64,000 nt of DNA, taken from positions 806,001 through 870,000 of the forward strand of contig CDRNST010000004.1 of assembly GCA_977016875.1 (NCBI GenBank), written 5' to 3'. The DNA comes from Pavona decussata (Eukaryota). Below are positions 24,811 through 38,078 of this stretch, in pieces (within the stretch, counting starts at the first letter, position 1; every line of letters starts with the position of its first letter). The position numbers and the translations under genes are program-made. The notes under the pieces were generated by a model, which saw only the letters and a program-made list of their open reading frames with translations, was not told the origin of the DNA and did not search any database.

Positions 24811-27668
24811 GAGGGAATGTCGGACAACTCGCCCCCCAGACAACTAGCCCCAGACTACTTGCCCCCCGATATATAGACAACTAGCCCCCAATATGTACTG
24901 TAGACGATTAGCCCCCAATGTGAAAACTTATATTTTTTTGTGCTGAGAAAGTAATAATTTGTAAAAGAAGAAGGCTCTGCTGCAAGAGCATACTCGACCA
25001 AAACGTATCGATCGCATCGTTCGTGTAACAGATGAACGTGGACGTTTTTTAACCCAAAAATCAAGCTCAAAAATTTATAGTACCTGCAATAAAACAGCTC
25101 TTACTGTTTTTGTTTTATAATTGCAAGCACTTTGCGATAGAATGAGGTCCAGAACAAACACAAAGCACAAATATGTAAAACTAACCGCCATCTTGGTTTA
25201 AGCACATTCAAGAATTTGCCAGGTCACTGAACATATTATGATGCAAACAATGATTTTCCGTTTTGGACAGAATAATTACTGTATGGTTGGAATTTTTTAT
25301 GTAATAATAGATGTGTTGGTCATTGTCTTTTGTAGGGTTGGTGGCTCCTAAAGGAGCGGTTTTTTTTTGTTCCTAAAAGAACCGTTGGTTGTTCGTTTGT
25401 CATCACTGCATCAATAAGTGAGAGCAGGCCTCCAGCAGGTGTTTTGAGTTTTTGCTGCCTTCCTCGAAGTCGTTCCATAACAGCTTCTTCTGCATGTTGC
25501 AGTAAGTTATCGCTGGTGTCTCCGAAGCCTCCTGTCTGACACGAGTCGGATTTGAAGAGACACAAGTGACGCTTCCTTCTGAAGTAGTTGAATAAGGACA
25601 TACAGGGGCAGTTGAGATCTACGATGTAGCGGGTGAAGTTCTGTAATACGTCGCTCGTCGCTGAAGCCGATAGAATCATCTCTCAATCTTGTCAGCGGGC
25701 AGGAATGGCAAAGCCATCAGTTTTCTGACAAAGTCGTGTGTTCCATGGTTTTGACTGTACAGGTCCTGAGGGCTAAGCTCTTGTACCTGGAAGAAATGGA
25801 AACATTATGTTAGATAATGCTTAATTTGTAATTGCAGTTTGGTGTTTCCTCATCATATAGATTTGCAATCTCAAAGTCAAAGTCCTTGGTTAAATTGTTT
25901 ACAATAATTTAGCTGTTACCCACATATAAGAACCTGCTTGATCTTGCTTGGCTTAACAGTCAACTGGTCTTTTACTGTAATATTTCCCAAACTGAAAATG
26001 AATTTGTAACAAGCCCCAATGCCAAATAAAATTTCCTTAACAGTTTAACTTAAAACAAATGTGCTGTGAATAGTGTTCATTGCTGATTGATTTAACTCTA
26101 AGATTTTATTTTAATCGATCATACTAACCTTCCTCCATAGGGCTTGTGTCCAATAGAATGAACACCCCATCAGCTCAGCATTAGGCAGCACTTCACGGAT
26201 CGCATCCCACATGGCCTTTTCGAAGTCTTGGGTTACTTTCTTTACTCTCGGTTGGTTCGGCAGGATCGAGAGGACTGCTTGGAGGACTGCTTTATAATCA
26301 TGTTTCTTCCTCCCTGACATGATGATGAACACGAGGGGAACTTGCTTAACACGGTCATTGTTTTTTACGAATGCGTTAACTTTCAGCAGCTGCAAGAACG
26401 GGTGGCGGCACAGTTTAAAGGTGGCATCCACGTACCATGTTTTGGATTTGGCAAGGACTTCTAACTGCCTGTCGGATGCGAAGATTAAATGACGGCATCC
26501 ACGTATCTGAAACACAAGGATAATTTTTAAGCCCTTTAATTGGTTTCAAAGAAAAATGACAGGTACACAAGCAGGCTTGCAATGACAGTGTTTGTATGGA
26601 AATCTGCTGTCAAATAATTTTTATAAAACATCGCTTCTGAAAACACCATGAATTGGAAACTTTCGGCACTAGGAAAAGGAATTTAGGGAAAAAATGGCGT
26701 CGAAAACCGTGATAAAGCCTATTAAGCACTAACAAAAATCTCGCATTTAGAATTGGAGTCAAAAGTACAAACTGCTCTTAAGAACCATACTTATTTTACT
26801 TTAGCCAGTAATGCTTACCTTGACATCTTCACGAAAGAAGCCATCAGGGATATGTTCTGTCTGCAACTTGAATTCCAAGTCTTTCAGGTCTTTTGGCCGC
26901 AGCTGTTGACGGACGCGGTTAGCAGTTTGTTGGAGACTGTCGAGACGGGGTATGCTGGGGCAAGGAGCGTCTGGTAACTCGCGGAGCAGAACATCATTGA
27001 TAACCTCTGATGCCGGTTTGTAGACGTCTTTCGAGGCTTCCTGCTTGACAAGGGACTTTATGTTAGTAGCTATCATTGCTCTGACTGGTGCAGCGTGGTT
27101 GTGGTCCTTCTTCTCCACTTCAAACTCGTTTGATGATCGCTGTATTACGGTAGCCTTGCAACGGTTGCCCTAAAAAAGAGTAAGGGTAAAGCAGTAATGA
27201 GAATTTGTTTCATTTCAAATTTTAGTTCCACGTTAACAAACCTAACTTAACCTAATCAATCAAACCTAATGGATAACTTTTCATCAGAGCGAACCTTATT
27301 GAGGTTAGACTCTGATGCCCCTTTAGTTAAACATGTTTAAAATTGTCTCCTTCATAAACACGCTTTCGGATGTTACACAAATGAAAACATAATTTAAAGT
27401 TTACTTGGATCCTATGTCAATGAAATGAAATTTTGGTTGTTGGTGTGGATGGAACTTTAGTTGTAGTTAAAAGTTCATGAATTTCTTACCATAGGTCGAA
27501 TGGTACATTGCCAGGCTGTTGCGTTAACACGTTGTCTCTTCACATTGTAGCTGTATCGCCAGCTGTCGATTGTTTTCCTCTCTCGCTGGCACCCTCCATG
27601 ATTTGAAACGTCAGGGGCTGCTTGACTGGCTCCACTGGATGAGACGTTGGCTGACCTGGGAGATCATA
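24811..27668 (-). mobile_element. MULE/MuDR transposon with spliced FLYWCH-MULE transposase pseudogene
   Basis: Terminal tandem gacaact.gcccc motifs (24823-24920). Exons: YSYNVK..WQCT..CKATV..HNH (FLYWCH-like), WYVDATFK..QLL..VPLVF, DFEKAM..GCSFYWTQALWRK and RKLMALPFLP. Upstream part displaced by the Polinton. Confidence 0.88.
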
Positions 27669-29529
27669 AGTAGTATGTCCCCAATGACTAGACCAATTTT
27701 ATTCATGTATTGAAACAGATTAAGGGGTCACCTAAACCGGTTTTAAACGTTGAATGAGTTGACATGACATAAGGTAGATATAGGGAAAGGGTTTAATGAG
27801 ATGCAAGCCATCTAGGTGGAAGAGGGGTTTAATGAGATGCAAGTGTGGGTAGAAATTGGAGATTGTTGTTTATAAGTCAAGTGTACTGTGCTCTGGTGGT
27901 ACGGTTCCGCCCGACCAGCCGGGTGGTATAGTAAATATATAGGGAAAGAAACAATGGAGAAGTTGAGAACCAATGAGAAACCACTGGCGTCACGGTCAAA
28001 CAAGTTGAATCTAGAAAAACCGGACTAAACCAGTTTTGAACACAATTAAGTATTCAAAATGATCTCCTTAAAATCTCAGACTAGGCAAACCCGTCAAACC
28101 GTTCCCTATAAGTTGACTTTACTGGTTTAAAGTTTTCCTATGAAAGCGAACTCTTTACGTAAAAATTTAAAGCGATGGAAAACTTTATGAAACAACAACT
28201 GTTTGCATTGGATATGGAAGCGCTTACTTCACAAATGCGATGTTTACAGTTATTTGAGAACTCTGTCTTGTAACTGGGACAATGTTTGTCATGAAAGCAT
28301 CCCTCGGAAAACAATTGAGTCATCATGGGAGGAAAATGGAATGGAATGTACTATTGGAGAACTGAAAGTGCCTTCATTTTATTTTCTCGACGAAAAGAAA
28401 TTTACGTGTCAACTTAACAAGATTCTGAAATTGAAGATACGCAATGAGTTTTGGATCAAGGCTGTCATTCGACAAACATTTTTACATGACTGGTGTATGG
28501 AACCATTTACCCCTTGGTGTGTCAAGAAACTTTTTTAACCCTTGAAGGAGACAGTGAAGGAGACAACTGATTGTGGGAGAAGAATAAACTTTAATATAAG
28601 AATGAATATTACAAAATCTGATACCTATACCTACGATAAATACTTACGAAAAAACTTAACGTGACGTGACTTTGGAAAATGTAATATATAATAACAGGAA
28701 AAAGGCAACTTTAAATCTATTTACGCATTAATCAAAAATAAGAAATAAAGATTTGAAAAATTGAAAAATAAGAAAATTAAAACACATTAATTAAACTAGT
28801 CTCCTCCCGGTAATAAATAGTATTTAGTTAGCTTTATTAATGATTTTAGACAATGATTACAGTGGCATTCTTCTCACTCATCCAATTTTTTAAACAGACT
28901 GTATATTTCACTTTTATGTAGCTCCGTTCCGGCTTTGTAAAAATATGTACATAGGGCACAGTTCCAAAAAAAACCATTCTCTGGGTGTAGGGTACCACAA
29001 ACCTATAAAGGAAAAATAATTAAAAATAATTTTACTTAGTTTTCAATTGAGTCTTGACAGTAGAACCCTCATCAATAACTACAATCATCATTCACACGTA
29101 CACCTCTGAGTACGTATGGATATTTGAGCTCATGTGTTACAAGATCAGATCAATTCATTGTATCATCCTCTTAAATACTTTGGAATTACTTTTATGGCGC
29201 ATAACTAGAAACAAGCTTACATAAGGTATAGCACATAATGTTTTAAAATACTTACCATTCTTCTGCATTCATCCATAAACTGGTCCACCTCTTGAATATA
29301 CTCATTCGTTCAGGCTGTTTGGAAATTTGCTCGGCAGTGGGCGCATTTGCTTGAACTTGTGACCAGCGTCCTGCGCCACAGCCTCTCACAATTTTTCATG
29401 CCGACTCTGCCTACAACAGTCAGACTCTGGGAGGTTCCAGCCTTGCTCAGTAATTAAGAAATGTTACTTTGAGTTTCGTAAAATCTCTAACAATCCAATT
29501 GAAGGTATTTAATACATTAAGTTTGAAAC

Positions 29530-30395
29530 AAAGGACGACATTTTGAATGCCATTGACGAAAAGATTTAAACGTAGGCAAACCTTTGAGAAACTTAAACGC
29601 GTGCTCTTTGAAACCGCACAATCTTAATGTTAAAACTTTTAATGCGCTTCGAGATATATGATTTAAAGACAAATTCTTTCAAACTAACAAATGCAGAACT
29701 CAACAGTGAATCTAAACGAAGAATAAGCACATCGACTTTACAATGCACACTGCTCGAAACCTCGATGAGAAACAAAGCACACCAATTTGCGTGCGCTCTT
29801 TGAAATCGCACGATTATAGATACAGTGAAAACTTTTAACGCTTGGAGAAATATGATTTAAACACAAACACTTTCAAACTAGCACAAGAAGAACTCAACGG
29901 TAAATGTAGACGAAGAATAAGCACATGAACACACAGTCCGAAACAAAGCACGCCATTTTAAACGCTATTAAGGAAAAGATTTGAACGTACGAAAACCTGT
30001 GAGAAACTTAAACGCCTGCTCTTTGAAACCGCACAATCTTGATGTTAAAACTTTTAACGCACTTCGATAAACATGCTTCGAACACAAACGCTTTCAAACT
30101 AACATTTGTAGAACTTAACGGAGAATCTAAACAAAGAATAAGCACATGCACTCTACAACGCACACTGCTCGAAACCTCAATGAGAAACAAAGCACACCAA
30201 TTTGCTCGTGCTCTTTGAAATCGCACAATTATAGATACATTGCAAACTTTTAACGTGCTTCGAGAAATATGATTTAAACACAAACACTTTCAAACCAGCA
30301 CAAGAGAACTCAATGGTAAATCTAAACGAAGAATAAGCACATGAACTTTACAACGCACACTGCTCGATAACCTTATTGAGAAACAAAGCACATTT
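29530..30395. repeat. Tandem duplication, ~415-bp unit made of ~200-bp related subunits
   Basis: ttaaacgc.tgctctttgaaaccgcacaatctt at 29593 and 30008. ORFs 29593-29811 and 30008-30283 are paralogous. Confidence 0.85.
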
Positions 30396-31479
30396 CACTG
30401 TTAAAATCTATAGCAAGCTAATCGAAGCTTTTGAAGGCACAAATTTCTTCGCGAATCTGTAAAGAATTTAACTTATACTAAAGCACAAGAATTCACTCGT
30501 AAACCGTAAGAAATAAAACAATCTTACGCGTATTTAAAACTGTCTTTGAAAGCGTGGGAACTACTGTAATTCGAAAAGCATCAAATATACAACACGAATT
30601 TCGTATACTTACCATTCGAAGGACAATCCTTGTTATCTCAATATCTTTCTTTTCCATCTTCGTATTCTCTATCTCTAGTTTCTCCTTTTAGTTTCTTCTT
30701 CCTATTTGTCGAAATAGCCAAAAACTGATTTACGATAATCGCCAATCAGAGACGAGTATCTGTTCTTGCATACAAACGTGATCCAATTTCTACTAAAGGG
30801 CAAACGTCTTTTCGGGACTACTAACGTCTTTACAGGACCGCCGTGGGAACAACTTTTTGCACTGGCACGGTGAGTGAAATGGTGAGCACCAATCAGATGC
30901 AAGTATCTGTTCCTGCATACAAATGTGATCCGATTTCTAACAAAGCTCGTACGTTTTGCTGTTTTTCTTGAAAGAAAACGCTGAACGCGCAATAAAAAGA
31001 AACCAGTGTGACAAGTTAAATAAGAATAAAACAGCTGATAGTGCAAAATATGATTGGTGGATTTCGATCCTACCTTTCTCACACGTCCGAAACCTGTTAA
31101 TAAAAGGACAGACTCGTGCAGTGTGTCTTAAAGTAAAACCTTAGAGCCGAGCATCGCTGACAATCCTGTTACCACTGAAAATGTTGATACATATGCAGTG
31201 CAAGCCATCACCTCAGTGAACAAGAATGAAATAATTAAAAGATGGCGGGAACAATTGATGACTTTATTTCCCATTGTCGAACAGCATCACATGGTACCAT
31301 TTCACGTCTGATTTATAAACTCCCTCTTTAAAGAAGAAGAAAATATTCAAAATATGAAAGAATGATTGATTGCACGAGCTGTCATTTCCAATCATTGGTT
31401 CAACAAGCTTGTGCTGGAATTAACAAGCTCTTCTGACACTGAACTCTTAGACGATTTACAACTATCCCCTGATGATACT

Positions 31480-33290
31480 ATGACAGCTCAACTTCAGTTT
31501 GATGTGGTTTCAGAGGCCTTGGCAGAACTGGAATCTGCGCTTCCCGAACTTTTTGAAAATTTGCCACTACCTGAAAATGTAGCGCAAGATGACATCTCAA
31601 CCCTGAACAATGAATTGACGGATGACGAAATGGTACAATCTATGGAGCAGTGGGAACAAGAAATGAATGATGCTTTCGATTCCTACGATTATTTACTGGA
31701 AAATGAAGTAAGCACATTTTACTTAACTTTAACACAGGTACTTGCTGCTCTATTTTTATGCAAGTAACACTTTTGATTAGTATGCCATGACGTTACTGCT
31801 CTATTTTTCTGCAAGTAACACTTCTGACTAGTATGCCATGACGTTACTGCTCTATTTTTCTGCAAGTAACACTTCTGATTAGTATGCCATAACGTTACTA
31901 CTCTATTCTTTCTGCAAGTAACACTTCTGATTAGTATGCCATGAGGTTACTGCTCTATTTTTCTGCAAGTAAAACTTCTGATTAGTATGCCATGACGTTA
32001 CTGCTTTATTTTTCTGCAAGTAACACCCCTGATAATTATGCCATAACGTTACTGCACCATTTTTCTGCAAGTAACACTTTTGATTAGTATGCAATTTGAG
32101 TTTTCTGATATAACTTACGGTTAAATTTCTTTCGTTCACAGTTGGAGGATGCAGAATGTTTGTTGGCTGAGAAACAGCTCGGGGCTGGCAGCAATCTGTG
32201 GACCTCTGAACAGCACTATACCTTGCGTGAAGTGGCTTCCCGAAACGTGCGGAAATTTAATACCACTGCTACTGACTATCTCCTTACACTGAATCCTCAA
32301 TCCGAAGAACATCCGTCACTTGACCAGCTTGGCAACATTTTTGATTCCCTTGTAGACGAGATGACGTCAGGTATGGCTGACATTGATCTTGTACGTTTTG
32401 TACTCCTAAGTTCTCTGCAATATCCCATTTCATTGCCATTTATGCCACATCATGAATTGAATGCAGAAAGGATTTTGGGTGAAGTACAGCGTGTCTTACA
32501 ATCCAATGAACAGGTCAACCTTCAAGATGGTATGCGAGTACATGTGGTTCATGTGGGTATGCCACAAGGTGGAGTGGCCTCGTGCAAGAGGAAACACTAT
32601 GGATTTAAATTGTCTAAGTTCTTAGACAGCAAACAATGTGTCCTGTGCATTAAGAACAAAGATTTTCTGTGCCTCACCCTTGCTTTAGTAACGGACATTG
32701 ATCTACAAGAGAAACATCCCCAATGGATTTCAATTTGTCAAGGAATTCGATTCATCAAAAGGCTGGTGTCTGAGAGGCTCTGGGTTACCAGAAGTGGCCA
32801 AATTTCAAAACGTGATTGAAGATTACTAAATCATTGTCCCGTCTGCTAAACATTTCAACGTCATTGTCTACAAAGGACTGTGATGAGAAAAACAAATTTA
32901 CCTGTATCATCTGAAAAATCACTTTGACATCATCACTTTTGTCTCTAGCTTTCTCGGAAGGGGCTACTGGTGTTTGGATTGCAAGAAAGGTTACGACAAA
33001 AAAGTGGAACACCGTTGTAGTAAGGTCGGCAAATGTTGCTAAAGACGGATGCCAGGGGTTCACGCAGAAAGCACCTTGGCCAGAGTGTGGTACCTGCCAT
33101 AGAATGTTCGTCGGAGATGAATGTTATGCCAACCACTGCCAACCAAATAGAGAGGGCCATTCCGTGTGTCAAAAATTCTACAAATGTAAAAAATGCAGCA
33201 AAGTTGTGTCGCGCCAAAAAAGGAAACCAGAAGATCACATGTGTGGAGTAAAGATTTGCTGGAATTGTGAAGAGTCAAGGAGAGAGGAAG
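31480..33290 (+). pseudogene. Polinton protein-primed DNA polymerase B, N-terminal region (truncated, frameshifted)
   Basis: RNVRKFNTTATDY, DLVRFVL..LQYPISLPF..ERILGEVQRVLQSN, VHVGMPQGG and IKNKDFLCL are followed by CxxC motifs (CGTCHRMF..C, CKKC..H.C..CWNC). Acidic first exon joins through a phase-0 intron at 31708-32141. Confidence 0.85.
31745..32092. repeat. 51-bp minisatellite, ~7 copies
   Basis: gcaagtaa at 31760, 31811, 31862, 31914, 31965, 32016 and 32067. Confidence 0.95.
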
Positions 33291-33799
33291 AGTCAAGCCA
33301 AACTGAACTAGTTTAGGTCGCTGAGCCTCTGTGCACTTTTGGTTGATTTTTATAGTTATTTGGGCCACAGTTGTGGAGGCTGGAATCTTGCACAAACTTT
33401 CCTTGCAAATTAAAATGTATACAATAAAAATGTCATTTAAATCCGGTTAAGGGTTATTTTAAAAAATTAAGCCACTAGCTGGCAACAAAATGGTAATAAA
33501 ATTGACCCCATGCCTTCACGGCCTGAGGCCCCCTTAAAGCCAACAGCTAGCTTTGCAACACAGTTCATAATCCGGCTCGCGGCCCACATCCCACAGTCCA
33601 GTCCACTGTTCTTCACTGGTATATTAAAGGGCATGCTCGGAAGTGCATGCCATTGGCATGTGGCTGCTGTGGTAAGTATCGATTTGCTTGCAATTATTTC
33701 AACCATCGGTTTTTAAGCCTTTTTGGGAGTCTTATATTGTGTCCTGACATTCCCCTAAGGAAAACGTGATAGTCACTACACCTTTTTATAAAATGTGTA

Positions 33800-34420
33800 T
33801 TCAATAAAATGGATCTTGGGAGAAGATTGCTAAATGGTGGGGATGTAGACTTTGTCATGCTTCGATTACGGCAGATAAACTGTCATCTATTACATTTTGA
33901 ACAATTCAGTGAAATCATGCAGTCCATTTCAGCTGTAATAGTTTGTAAGAAAGTGTGGACGAGAGCAGAGCTAATCACAACTTCGATGCCCTAGTGGTTT
34001 AGTTGGAAGGCCAAAATTCGATATTCCATGGGAGCAGCTGGAATATATGATCGATTACGACATCTCTATATCGAAGATAGCCATTGTGTTGGGGGTGTCA
34101 AAGAGCACAATAAAGCAATGTATTCGAGAATACGGCATTTCAGTGCAAACACAAGAAGGGGTCTTAACCGACAGTGAACTAGACACCTTGGTTAGAGACA
34201 TTCAGAGGGAATTTCCAAACGCAGGTTACTGCAGAATCTACTGTCAGTTCAAATTCAGATCTGTTAAAGTAACGTAGTCAAGAGTAAGAGAATCCATGCA
34301 TAGAACTGAGCCAGAAGGCATTGTGATGAGATGGTTGTCAATCACTCCAAGGACGACCTACAGCGTAAGGGGGCCCCTGTCGTTATAGCACATTGATGGA
34401 AGCCATAAATTTATAAGGTA
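33800..34420 (+). mobile_element. IS3EU-like integrase-core transposase pseudogene
   Basis: GRPKFDI..IAIVLGVSKSTI (HTH), DSELDTLVRDIQREFPNAGY, RVRESM and YSVRGPLSL.HIDGSHKFIR, followed by a GT donor near 34418. Confidence 0.8.
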
Positions 34421-35093
34421 ATTTTTATTTCTTTTAATACATTGTGTAAACCAGTTGCCCTTGCAATTGCCTTGCTGTTTACATCTGATGAATGCCCTTC
34501 AATTCTGTTACGAGGTCATGTGATGCCTATCAAATGGTATGAAGTTGCAGTTGCAGCAGTTTACTTTTGGAGTTTTTCTCACATAACTTTATATTGTTAA
34601 AAAAAACTTATGGACCTTACTTATATACTCATGAAGCTTCCCTGTCTTAGCCAAGACACTTTTCAATCCGGTATTGCTTAAAAGAGCTGACTCAAAAGGA
34701 CCTTGGACAGCTGACGAAGTTTACATAACGTAATAAATCCTCGATGTTCTAGTACTGATGCACACGACAATGGGGCTCAGATTATTTTCCAGGCTAGGAA
34801 AAAATGACTTCCTGATATCAAAAGAAAGCGATTTTCGGATTTAGTGCTGATCTATAGTGGTTAGGGTTTTAAGCAATGACTCACAATAATTAGTGTACTG
34901 CAAATGAAGAGTAATTACCAAGCTGGCTACCCGGGTTCGATACCAACTCTCTTTCCTCTTTTATTATTAAGCCGTGAAATTAGTTTTACTCTGTGTAAGA
35001 TTATAAGTTTATAGTGTCCTTTCAAGGCATCCATATTAACCATGACTGTTCAATCCCTTAGAAAAATAGACAATAACACCCACCCATGACCCC

Positions 35094-35740
35094 TCAGCCC
35101 TTTTGAAACTGACACCAGCTCATTACAGAATACTGCTTTACTGGAGATATTGATATCATTGTATCTTTCTGGACGTCCAGCACAAGATTCCCCCTGGGTT
35201 GGTCTGAGGAAAGCTTTGGCCTGTTCAAAGTGAAGCCCTTAGGTGGGTGAGGGATTTGCATCAACCACTTTGTGCTTCCCTCCAGTTTTCTTAACATCTC
35301 ATACCCCCCTCCTTCAGCAAGGGCAGAGAAGGACTCTATTATCTTTTCGTGAACATGAAGCGCATTCCTGTCTTTGTTAAAGACTATCTTGGCCTCTCCC
35401 AAGCCGGCCATGCTCAATCGGATTCTTTCACTGGCGTCTGGAATTACATCTTTTTCACTGTATACCTGGCAAACAAACGTCCTGGTGAACGTGTTTTTTG
35501 GAATAAAGTATGGTCTTGCCCCTTGACTAGCTCTAGATGGACACCTTGCTACTGGCCCTGACGGAGGCCAGAAACTGAAAATCCTTCTATGTTCTTCCAA
35601 CACCTAAGTAACCGGCGTTGTTGATCTCGCTGGTGTTGTTGCTGTTGCTCCCGCTGTTGCTGTCGTGGGAGTGTGTTGAACTGACACTGCTGCTCCTGTG
35701 GATGTCGTGGGGAGGCCATTTGCTGCTGCAATGAGCCTTT
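35094..35740 (-). pseudogene. Accessory gene fragment resembling the N-terminus of TE-associated G2E3/HECT-like proteins
   Basis: FTRTFVC..P..ERIRLSMAGLGEAKIVF..HEKIIESF..L.EGGGYEMLR with a Gln-rich leader. Convergent with the transposase. Confidence 0.55.
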
Positions 35741-37059
35741 CGGCGCTTAGGGAAGCTTGCCCAGCTAACAATAAACATTGGGGATGCCAAAAAAATACCA
35801 CCTTATGAAATGCATTTTTTTATGCAATGCCACAATAGTGTGATATAAATGCAGTGTAAAATCTTTGTGACAAACAGAGATGAGAGTTTGACTGATGGAA
35901 ATAAGATTCAGTCTAATGGGATTTTCTTTCGGGTGTCCACTTACGGGAGCTTAAAAACAAAGAAAAAATCTAAATCACAACCCCTGAAAGAGTTTGTGGC
36001 CACTTATGGTAATGTCCACTTACGGGAATGCGTAACTACAAAGTTTGTATGGGAGTACAAATGGGGTTTTGTAAAGGCGGTCATTAGTACAGCTGTCAGC
36101 TTACGAGAGTGTCCATTATTAGAGAGCTTCCACTGCATTACAATCTTGAAATTTACTAACTATCCAATAAGTGAATATAACAAATCTAGCAATCAATAAA
36201 CCAGACAAACAATCCATCAATCATTTGGGACGAACTGCAGTAAGCTGAAAACAAAAACAAAAAAATTCACACAAATATATCAACAGCCGAGGTAAACTGG
36301 TGAGCATTTGTTTGCTTGAATATTAGGGGTTTGGGGCATGATTCAAGGATAGTTGATCAGGTCATGTCCCTGATACTAAATCTGTCACTCATAGCAGAAA
36401 GAACATCAGATATCACAGTTCAAATAAGTTATACTTGATCATTGAGTGTACATTTTGATGCAAAATACCAAATAACTAACCTAGCGCTTCTGACTTTCTG
36501 GAATGGAAATGCATTCTTTGAGAACTGTTGTCTTGAGATCTCTGCGTCTCAAGTTCGAAGAACAACAGGGCATGACCCCCGGACCAGAATGATTCTTTGG
36601 TAGCCCAAAGACATGACACTGGCCCTGAGTAGTAGACATGTTGCCCGGTAGTTGCTTGTCAGTAGCCCTTTAAAAGCCACCTGCAAGTTGTGCAAGCCAC
36701 TTTTAGAAAATGACTGCCTTACTCTAATTTTCCATGCTTCCTCACATGCTCCTAGAGGGAAAAACAGGCAAAAATAGAAAAATCCTGTCATGCAATTGAT
36801 TAGGTCATTTTTGTGTCCTGGATAAGACATTGGCCATGTTTTAGATTAGTCTATATCTATTTGGTCTGATAATCCTTATAAAAGTCTACAATGGACTGCT
36901 GGGGGATAGATGGGATGCAAAAAACTATCGCCCTATCACTTCCCTTAAAGCAGTTATTTAGTCACCAGCTGATTTGCACTATGAGAAAACTGCAAAATGA
37001 GTTGAAGTGTTTTGAGCAAATTTTTGTTGTTTGGATTCTGCCTGAAGGTTTGGGCAGGT

Positions 37060-37460
37060 CTCCCATTATAGATGTTTCAAAATTGACCTAACTGACCTTA
37101 ACCATCCCGTTGATTTTGTTGCGTTTAGAATCTAAGTTAATATCCTCTCCTCTTTGAATGATTTTTTGAATACTAATTTTTTAGTTAGGAAACGTATCCT
37201 TTACTTTCAGTGCAGGGCTCTTGAGTTTGTTAGCACATTATTCGGCAAAGTCCATTGCTAGATTATTAGCCAAGGTGTGGATTATGAGATGAGATGGATC
37301 AGTTGCATGGCCGATACTCCCAACAGCCTTGGCAATTACATCAGTGGTTTACAGGGATTTAAAAATTTACATACAGGTCTTTGAGAGAGCTTCCCTGGAT
37401 AAGTGAGCTTTATCACCCGGTTACCAACTATGATCATGGGTCTTGTTTTAGCAAATTCAC
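37060..37460 (-). mobile_element. CR1/L2-type ORF1 SGNH-esterase remnant
   Basis: DPSHLIIHTLANNL..CANKLK..KVKDTFPN.KISIQKIIQR, with several stops. Confidence 0.5.
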
Positions 37461-38078
37461 CATCATTCGAGTTTTTACCATTAACTGGAGAGACGTTTTT
37501 AATTTGTTGCACTCGCTCCTCTCTGCTTACATAACATGGTGAAGGAGGAACATAACTTATTTAAAGCGCTTTTGACTTCTTGGAATAGAGTCAGGTACCA
37601 GGTTCTCTTCAGTTTGGTTGATGGGTGATTGTTGTTGTTGGCTGGTAATTTGAATATTATCATTCTGGCTTCTGTTTGCTGTATTTTAATACAGCTCTTT
37701 GGTCATGATTTGAAGTGCTTTTCTGTCCAGTAGTTCAGTTGTCTTTTTAGTGTGCTTCTCTCTTCCTGAAGCCATGCTCACAACATGCAGATTTCTTGAG
37801 AAAGGTTTTTATTTGGTAGGGTGTTAATGAGCTGAACATTATTGACATCACCTTTGGTTGGGCTGATCAAGTGAAGCAAAAGTGGTCAATTTTGAGATTA
37901 ATTTCTGTCCAGATTTTAAGATAACTTCAGTGGTAGATTGTGCCTTTCTGAGGTCATCGGGGGTATGGCTCAAGTTTCTGTTAAATTAATGCTAATAGTG
38001 TTGACAGAATGGCGAGAATTGTGGCTCTCACTTTTAATTTCAGCATCACAATCCACGCCAAAATAAAATTATGGTGTA

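Larger units (their letters stand above)
27669..33290 (+). mobile_element. Polinton/Maverick left arm (terminus, small ORFs, pPolB 5' part)
   Basis: Starts with AGTAGT exactly where the MULE frame breaks. Contains the pPolB N-terminal region (next feature), small ORF 28203-28538 and internal tandem repeats. No right terminus found. Confidence 0.75.

Noticed and set aside
31903-32139. Repetitive 78-aa ORF
   Set aside because: It is a translation of the 51-bp (17-codon) minisatellite on the antisense strand of a predicted intron.
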